The translations under genes and the position numbers were made by a program. Positions 58,841 through 64,000 of a DNA stretch of 64,000 nt are shown piece after piece. Every line of letters starts with the position of its first letter. Position 1 is the stretch's first letter. Below the pieces are notes generated by a model. It was not told the DNA's origin, made no database searches, and was given only the letters and a program-made list of their open reading frames with translations. Where the stretch lies: positions 14,007 to 78,006 of the forward strand of contig CALXQQ010000015.1 of NCBI GenBank assembly GCA_944390775.1. The letters are read 5' to 3'. The DNA is from an uncultured Alphaproteobacteria bacterium (GTDB taxonomy: Bacteria > Pseudomonadota > Alphaproteobacteria > UBA3830).

Positions 58841-59830
58841 ATGCTAGAACTTTTGGACATTAAAACCGACTACATATTCAAGCTCGTGTTTGGCGACGAA
58901 AACGACAAAAGCATTTTGATCTCGTTTTTGAATGCCGTTTTAAAGGGGCGTCCTCGCATAAAAAACATCGAATTACGCAATTCCGAAATAGCCAAAGTTC
59001 TGCAAAACAATCGCACAATTCGCCTGGACATCAAAGCAGAAATCGAAAATTCTCACTACATCGACATCGAAATTCAGGTGAGAAACACCGGCGAAATCAT
59101 TGATCGTGGCATACAGTACGCCTGCAATATGATGACGGAAAACTCGCGCTCCAAATATCAAATTGACGAGGATCGAACCGTTCACAACTACAGCTTCCCG
59201 AAAGTTATCGGAATTTGGATACTCGGCGAGTCGATCAATCAGAGAATATCTGCCGTGAACGAAGCTTGCATGATTTTCCAGAAAAATCAAATGGATGACT
59301 ACCAAATCGCTAGCGATAAAATTCGCTTGATCACCATCGAACTGCCAAAGTTCAACCCCAAAAAACGCGATCGACGGGATCTCCTCGACGCTTGGATGAC
59401 ATTCTTGAAAAACCCTCTGGATGAGGAGGTGCAGAACATTAACGAAATCCATCACGCATTGAAAAAATTACAAGAAGTCAGCGCGAAAGATGAAGTACGC
59501 GAAATATACGAACTTCGGAAAAAAACTGAAGAAGGATATGTCAGCGAAAAAAACGTCGCTATTAATAAAGCTTTGATCGAAGGCGAAAAAATCGGTATCG
59601 AAAAAGGAAAAGTCGAAGGCGAAAAAATCGGTATCGAAAAGGGTAAAGTCGAAGGCGAAAAAATCGGTATCGAAAAAGGCGAAAAAATCGGCATCGAAAA
59701 AGGCGAGAAAATCGGCATTGAAAAAGGAAAAGCCCTACTAATCAAAGACATGCTTGCTCGAGGCCTATCCATAGACGACATCGCGAATTTCACCGGCATG
59801 TCCCCAGATTCTATCCGCGAGTTGTCCTAA
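58841..59830 (+). CDS. Rpn-family recombination-promoting nuclease / putative transposase (PD-(D/E)XK, TIGR01784-like)
   Basis: The family N-terminus is LLDIKTDYIFKLVFGDENDKSILISFLNAVL. The nuclease core is IRLDIKAE...HYIDIEIQ. The C-terminus is a Gly/Glu/Lys/Ile repeat followed by an HTH-like tail (LSIDDIANFTGMSPDSIREL). Confidence 0.8.
   Translation: MLELLDIKTDYIFKLVFGDENDKSILISFLNAVLKGRPRIKNIELRNSEIAKVLQNNRTIRLDIKAEIENSHYIDIEIQVRNTGEIIDRGIQYACNMMTENSRSKYQIDEDRTVHNYSFPKVIGIWILGESINQRISAVNEACMIFQKNQMDDYQIASDKIRLITIELPKFNPKKRDRRDLLDAWMTFLKNPLDEEVQNINEIHHALKKLQEVSAKDEVREIYELRKKTEEGYVSEKNVAINKALIEGEKIGIEKGKVEGEKIGIEKGKVEGEKIGIEKGEKIGIEKGEKIGIEKGKALLIKDMLARGLSIDDIANFTGMSPDSIRELS
59579..59725 (+). 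repeat. In-frame tandem repeat inside the Rpn-like gene (24-nt core GEKIGIEK x5, the first two copies extended by 12 nt GKVE)
   Basis: The units read GAAGGCGAAAAAATCGGTATCGAAAAAGGAAAAGTC x2, followed by shorter GGCGA(A/G)AAAATCGG(T/C)AT(C/T)GAAAAA units. Confidence 0.9.
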
Positions 59831-59940
59831 TTGCCCGGCCTGACCAACGGACAAACAATCACACAAATCCATACCAATGCACACTTGCGGACTGACCACT
59901 ATTCGACGAAAAAATCCAGTATACTGACGACAGAATCACA

Positions 59941-60015
59941 TGGTGGGCGTAGCAGGGTTCGAACCTACGACCCCTACGATGTCAACGTAGTGCTCTACCA
60001 CTGAGCTATACGCCC
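59941..60015 (-). tRNA. trnV: tRNA-Val (anticodon GAC)
   Basis: The reverse complement folds with acceptor GGGCGTA/TACGCCC, anticodon stem CTACG/CGTAG with loop TTGACAT, T-loop TTCGAAC, and an encoded CCA. Confidence 0.88.
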
Positions 60016-60165
60016 GATTGACTGATTGTTTTCTACTACATTTCGTATATTATTGCAAGAAAAATTAACAGCAAAACTTCGTTTAGGCTGCAAATTAACA
60101 AAATATTAACCTTTCTTCGATAGAATGGTTACGATGGTGTGAAATACTCAAAAGGAGAATAATCG

Positions 60166-61431
60166 ATGAATCAATTTATGTACAATGCATATGATGTAAT
60201 GAATTACATAAGGCATCCATTAAGGAAAACGGCACAAACTGTACGTTCGTATTTACGTGGACATCCTGCATTTTTGGGATTTGGATCTGCCAGATTTATA
60301 GAAGGGTTATCTGACATGTACGAACGATCTACTAGGGAGTCACAGAAGCCTGAGTTCAACATAGACACCGTAGATGTCGATGGGCAATCTGTAAAGGCCT
60401 ATCAGACGACTGTGCTGAAAAAACCATTTTGCAATCTGATACGCTTTACAAAAGAGAATCAGCAGCCAGAGCCAAAAGTATTAATTATTTCCCCGATATC
60501 GGGACATTTCGCAACTTTACAACGCGATACGGTTCAACGCATGTTATCGAAGCACGAAGTATACATAACAGATTGGCTTAGCATGAGGGATGTTCCAGCA
60601 TCTGAAGGAGATTTTGATCTCGACACATATCTTACCTATTTGATAGATTTCATGCACTGCATAGGACCCAACACGCATGTGATTGCTGTCTGTCAGCCAG
60701 CTGTACAAGTTATGGCATTAGCGGCGCTTATGGATGAAGCAGATGACCCGTGCATGCCGGCGTCTATTATTCCGATGGGAGGTCCAATTGACCCACGCGC
60801 GAACAAAACGCAAGTTAATGAACTAGCAGAAAGTCATCCTTTATCATGGTTTGAGCGCAATTTTATCACCTATGTTCCGGAAGGACACATAGGTGCAGGC
60901 AGACGTGTTTATCCTGGATTTGTTCAAATTACAGCCTTTATAAACATGAATCCTGATTCTCACTATAGGGCTCACATGCAATATTTAGAGGATCGCATTT
61001 TGAACAACAAAGCGGGAATTGATCGTCATACAAAATTTTATGATGAATATCTGTCTCTACTAGACATGGATGCTGTTTACTATTTACAGACTATAGAAAA
61101 GATCTTCCAGACCTACGAATTACCGCGTGGAGTTATGAAATACAAGGGACACACCATAAATTTGAAAGCCATTCGACGCTGTGCTCTGCTCACTGTAGAA
61201 GGAGAAAAGGACGACATATCCGCTCCGGGACAATCTTATGCTGCTCATGCTCTATGTTCCAATCTTCCGCAAGAAATGCACGATCATCATTTGCAACCTG
61301 GTGTCGGTCATTATGGTGTGTTTTCCGGAAGCAAATGGCGTTCTCATGTCGCACCAAAAATTGAAGAATTTATCAGGCGATTCGACAAAGAAATTGGTAG
61401 CTACTATAAAAATAGCGCTGCAAAAAAATAG
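60166..61431 (+). CDS. phaZ: Intracellular polyhydroxyalkanoate (PHB) depolymerase PhaZ family
   Basis: 421 aa. The alpha/beta-hydrolase core has the AVCQPAV nucleophile-elbow-like segment typical of TIGR01849 PhaZ, and the C-terminus is GVGHYGVFSGSKWR. AAAGGAG RBS. Confidence 0.7.
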   Translation: MNQFMYNAYDVMNYIRHPLRKTAQTVRSYLRGHPAFLGFGSARFIEGLSDMYERSTRESQKPEFNIDTVDVDGQSVKAYQTTVLKKPFCNLIRFTKENQQPEPKVLIISPISGHFATLQRDTVQRMLSKHEVYITDWLSMRDVPASEGDFDLDTYLTYLIDFMHCIGPNTHVIAVCQPAVQVMALAALMDEADDPCMPASIIPMGGPIDPRANKTQVNELAESHPLSWFERNFITYVPEGHIGAGRRVYPGFVQITAFINMNPDSHYRAHMQYLEDRILNNKAGIDRHTKFYDEYLSLLDMDAVYYLQTIEKIFQTYELPRGVMKYKGHTINLKAIRRCALLTVEGEKDDISAPGQSYAAHALCSNLPQEMHDHHLQPGVGHYGVFSGSKWRSHVAPKIEEFIRRFDKEIGSYYKNSAAKK

Positions 61432-61728
61432 CGTTTTAAATAGAGCTACAACGATGCGAAAGTCATACACAATATTCGTGTCACGACTTTCGCGGCGATG
61501 CTATCAAAAATTTTACTAAAACACTTGTCGCTGGCAATCTAAGAGGTTGCGGAAAAGCGAAAAACAAACTCATAACCTCCAAGTATAATAATGGAGAAAA
61601 CCTGTCAGCGCTTGTAAAGCTTTCAAACAGATTGCCACATATTGATAAGTTGTTTATGTGATTTTTGTTTAAAGATCCTGCTAAAACGGAAATTATGTGG
61701 TATATAGAAACGAGAGGAGGCTAAAGCA

Positions 61729-63234
61729 ATGTTAAAACTATTGTCGATCTTAATAGCAGGAATCATATCCGATGATACCTCATCTATGACTATAAAGCAA
61801 GCTGTGCAAGAAGGCAGAGTCGATATTGCGTGGCACATGCTCTGTAAAATATATAATATGATGCCAAATACTGGTTCTTTGGATATCAATGAACTAATCT
61901 ATGATATCAACTTACTTAAAACCAGAGCATCCGCAGAAACCGCCTCTCCAACAGACCAACTTACCGCAAGCTCGACCCCTGGCACCGCATCCGCAGAAAC
62001 CGCCTCTCCAGCAGGCCAACTTACCGCAAGCTCGACCCATGGCAACGCATCCGCAGAAACCGCCTCTCCAACAGACCAACTTACCGCAAGCTCGACCCCT
62101 GACAGAGCGTCCGCAGAAACCGCCTCTCCAGCAGACCAACTTACCGAAAGCTCGACTCCTGGCAGAGCGTCCGCAGAAACCGCCTCTCCCGCAGGCCAAC
62201 TTACCGCAAGCTCGACCCCTGGCAACGCATCCGCAGAAATCGCCTCTCCAGCAGACCAACTTACCGCAAGCATGTCTCCTGTCAGAGCCTATACAGACAG
62301 CAGCAGATCCCCTGATCAAATCAGCACAAATATGAGAATCGGATCAATTACAAAAAGCATTAGCTTCACAGACCAACCTGCTGCAAACATAAGCCCAACT
62401 GGCTCCCCGATTAAAGTCATACAAGAAAGATTAAAACGGCAAGGATGGGCGAATGACGCGAGCAACATTGTCGCACGGGACTCAATTGAGCAACTCCAAA
62501 GAGAGCTCTCTGATTTACAGGCATCACACACAAAATTGCGCGAAAAACTCTCTGCTGTACAAGAAGAACTTATCGCCAGAGGCTGGGCGAAGGACGGCTC
62601 TGACTTAAAAAGCCAAGAAGATATCACTCGCCTTGAAGAAATATATACCACCTTACGCAACACCTATGTTTCCTTACAAACGACTCATGCTGCTCTGCAG
62701 GAAAACCTACAACTGAAAGGATGGGCAACGGATGGAAGAGATCTCATGAGCAAAAATGACTACGAACGTTTCAAAAACTGCAGACAGAGTCTCAGAACCA
62801 AACGCAGAGTTGTTCGAGAGAGGTTAAAAGCTGCTGGCTGGAATGAGATGGGAGAAGATATCGTCACAAAAAGCGCCTATGATCTCATATTGTTTAAAAA
62901 CAAGCTACTTATAGAAATGAGCAATCAATCTTGTTGGACAGCGGCGCATGCGTCTGGATTAAGCGTCACACCGGCAGAAATCGCGGCCTCGATTAATAAC
63001 ATGACATCTATCGACGATTGGGTTGCGCAAGGCGATGATGACACCGTAAGTGCTTGCTATAGTGGCGTATCATATTCAGACGTAACAGATTTACAAAAAT
63101 TTACTCTACTCATGGCGTTAATTAGAAACGGAAAAACACAGGATGAAATAGATGTATTAAACATAATTTTTGCTGATGGCGAGGTATGTGCTGGCACGAT
63201 TGGCTCACCTTGTCTTGGATTAAAAATAATATAG
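61729..63234 (+). CDS. Repeat-rich hypothetical protein (candidate surface/secreted effector)
   Basis: 501 aa with a GAGGAGG RBS. Six 20-aa A/S/T/P-rich repeats are followed by four degenerate GW-containing helical modules and a unique C-terminal domain. Confidence 0.7.
   Translation: MLKLLSILIAGIISDDTSSMTIKQAVQEGRVDIAWHMLCKIYNMMPNTGSLDINELIYDINLLKTRASAETASPTDQLTASSTPGTASAETASPAGQLTASSTHGNASAETASPTDQLTASSTPDRASAETASPADQLTESSTPGRASAETASPAGQLTASSTPGNASAEIASPADQLTASMSPVRAYTDSSRSPDQISTNMRIGSITKSISFTDQPAANISPTGSPIKVIQERLKRQGWANDASNIVARDSIEQLQRELSDLQASHTKLREKLSAVQEELIARGWAKDGSDLKSQEDITRLEEIYTTLRNTYVSLQTTHAALQENLQLKGWATDGRDLMSKNDYERFKNCRQSLRTKRRVVRERLKAAGWNEMGEDIVTKSAYDLILFKNKLLIEMSNQSCWTAAHASGLSVTPAEIAASINNMTSIDDWVAQGDDDTVSACYSGVSYSDVTDLQKFTLLMALIRNGKTQDEIDVLNIIFADGEVCAGTIGSPCLGLKII
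61921..62280 (+). repeat. Six tandem copies of a 60-bp repeat (about 90% or higher identity by eye) encoding xxASAETASPxxQLTASSTPGx
   Basis: The copies align exactly with the 60-nt lines of the listing (61921, 61981, 62041, 62101, 62161, 62221). A degenerate seventh copy starts at 62281. The region is locally GC-rich and open in all six frames. Confidence 0.95.
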
Positions 63235-63299
63235 ACCACATTAATCTTATATTAATTTTTTTTCGATATAGTAACACCGATGGTGAAAAGGAGTCATAC

Positions 63300-63878
63300 A
63301 TGATTAGAATTACATTAGCTGCATTATTAGGAATATATTCAATAAACTTCGCACAAGCTGATATTTCCAGTATTATAGGAGATACTATTGATGCGGCTAA
63401 GACAGCGGCTTCAACAGTGAAAAACTCAGCTGCAGCAGCAGCTTCATCAGCAAAAACATCAGTGACCAACGTTCTTAACAAAGCAAAAACAAAAGCTGTA
63501 GAAAAAGCAACACAACGCGTACGTACCAGTATTTCAAACATACAAACAAAAGTGCAAGCACAGTTACAAACTGCCAAGAATAGCGCTAATACACAGGCTA
63601 CTGAAGCTCTTACCAAAGCGAATGAGAGCTACAATGAGGCTTTAAACAACTTGAATCAGCTAGAAGCAACACTACAACAAAAGACAACTGCTAACGTAGC
63701 TGAAACAAAACAAAAAGTTCAGCAATTTGCCTCGTCTATTAAGAGTAATCTTACATCTGCGAAGACTTATATTGAGGGGGCTCATGTTTCTGCTTTGAAT
63801 AAAGGTGCAAGTTCAGCATCTAAACTTGCTCGCACCCTTGATATAGCAGCAACTAAGCTAGCCAAAGCTACTAAGTAG
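63300..63878 (+). CDS. Secreted Ala/Thr/Lys/Gln/Ser-rich helical protein (hypothetical)
   Basis: AAAGGAG RBS, then a signal peptide MIRITLAALLGIYSINFAQA|D. The mature part is low-complexity and amphipathic-helix-like (AKTAASTVKNSAAAAASSAKTSVTNVLNKAKTKAVEKATQ...). Confidence 0.6.
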   Translation: MIRITLAALLGIYSINFAQADISSIIGDTIDAAKTAASTVKNSAAAAASSAKTSVTNVLNKAKTKAVEKATQRVRTSISNIQTKVQAQLQTAKNSANTQATEALTKANESYNEALNNLNQLEATLQQKTTANVAETKQKVQQFASSIKSNLTSAKTYIEGAHVSALNKGASSASKLARTLDIAATKLAKATK

Positions 63879-63894
63879 TAAGAAAAAGACATTA

Positions 63895-63923
63895 GCGCTG
63901 CATCAGAGTTTTGAATGCAGCGC
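63895..63923. terminator. 9-bp GC-rich stem-loop; possible (bidirectional) terminator
   Basis: GCGCTGCAT/ATGCAGCGC form a stem with an 11-nt loop. The T-run is only on the minus-strand side (TAATGTCTTTTT), so it may terminate a convergent gene beyond the window. Confidence 0.4.
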
Positions 63924-64000
63924 GAAGTATCCCTTCAAGACTGTTTTTTAGCGAACTGTCTCCATACAAAACCATGTGTGATTTCACGCTTTTTTGAACA

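Noticed and set aside
59579-59725. Short regularly spaced repeats that could resemble a mini-CRISPR
   Set aside because: The period is 24-36 nt with no unique spacers. The repeats are in frame within a coding sequence and encode a family-typical peptide repeat, and there are no cas genes.
58973-59799. Two - strand ORFs (160 aa and 115 aa) opposite the Rpn-like gene
   Set aside because: The + strand product has clear family motifs. The 115-aa ORF is only the reverse reading of the GEKIGIEK repeat (FSPFSMPIFSP...).
59941-60015. tRNA-Val as an attB site with a flanking direct repeat
   Set aside because: By eye I could not find a copy of the tRNA 3' segment near 57.37-57.49 kb or elsewhere in the window, and no integrase gene is present. 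The idea is kept only as a weak islet hypothesis.
61899-62335. Three additional ORFs (124, 144 and 135 aa) in other frames over the 60-bp repeat block
   Set aside because: The repeat unit lacks stop codons in all six frames, so these ORFs are a by-product. Only the + frame starting at 61729 has an RBS and continues into a long unique protein.

Overview
This is a gene-dense 64-kb window from a low-GC genome (about 40% GC, judged by eye, not computed). I count about 70 CDS, 3 tRNAs and no rRNA. The gene content points to an alphaproteobacterium with a reduced, symbiont-like (Rickettsiales/Holosporales-type) genome. Evidence for that assignment is CtrA, a class I LysRS, the hflK-hflC-degP, cpoB-tilS-ftsH and yfgM-bamB-der arrangements, and a one-Cys DksA; no species can be named from the sequence alone.

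Most of the window is core housekeeping:
- ctrA (3' part), rpoH, carD, smpB and dapA.
- miaA, degP, hflC and hflK.
- A dcw block (murG-murC-murB-ftsQ-ftsA-ftsZ) that has no ddl.
- tRNA-Trp-secE-nusG fused directly to rplM-rpsI.
- suhB, grpE, rpmI-rplT, dksA and lepB-rnc-era-recO.
- pntAA, pmbA, cca, xseB, yggT, folD, cpoB, tilS, ftsH and rluD.
- hemW-rph, rplI, rpmJ, rpsA, lysK, udg and der-bamB-yfgM.

Five parts are not routine:
1. A type IV pilus/T2SS-like machine is split into two loci 37 kb apart. Locus A (3.6-6.5 kb) has a lipoprotein secretin and two prepilin-type genes. Locus B (43.2-47.4 kb) has a GspE/PilB-like ATPase with no tetracysteine motif, a GspF/PilC platform protein and two unrecognisable membrane proteins.
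2. A 17-nt poly(T) tract lies in frame inside the essential ftsH gene.
3. The 57.4-63.9 kb end looks accessory. It holds two orphan membrane proteins, an Rpn/PD-(D/E)XK putative transposase with expanded GEKIGIEK repeats next to tRNA-Val, phaZ, a 501-aa protein with six near-identical 60-bp repeats plus four degenerate GW modules, and a secreted Ala/Thr/Lys/Gln-rich helical protein.
4. miaA carries an in-frame insertion of about 25 aa.
5. Several smaller oddities are listed in the findings (rluD start codon, leader hairpins, an orphan TadE-like gene).

I saw no CRISPR array, prophage, IS element or recognisable defence system. All functional calls rest on motif recognition in the supplied translations; no database search was run.
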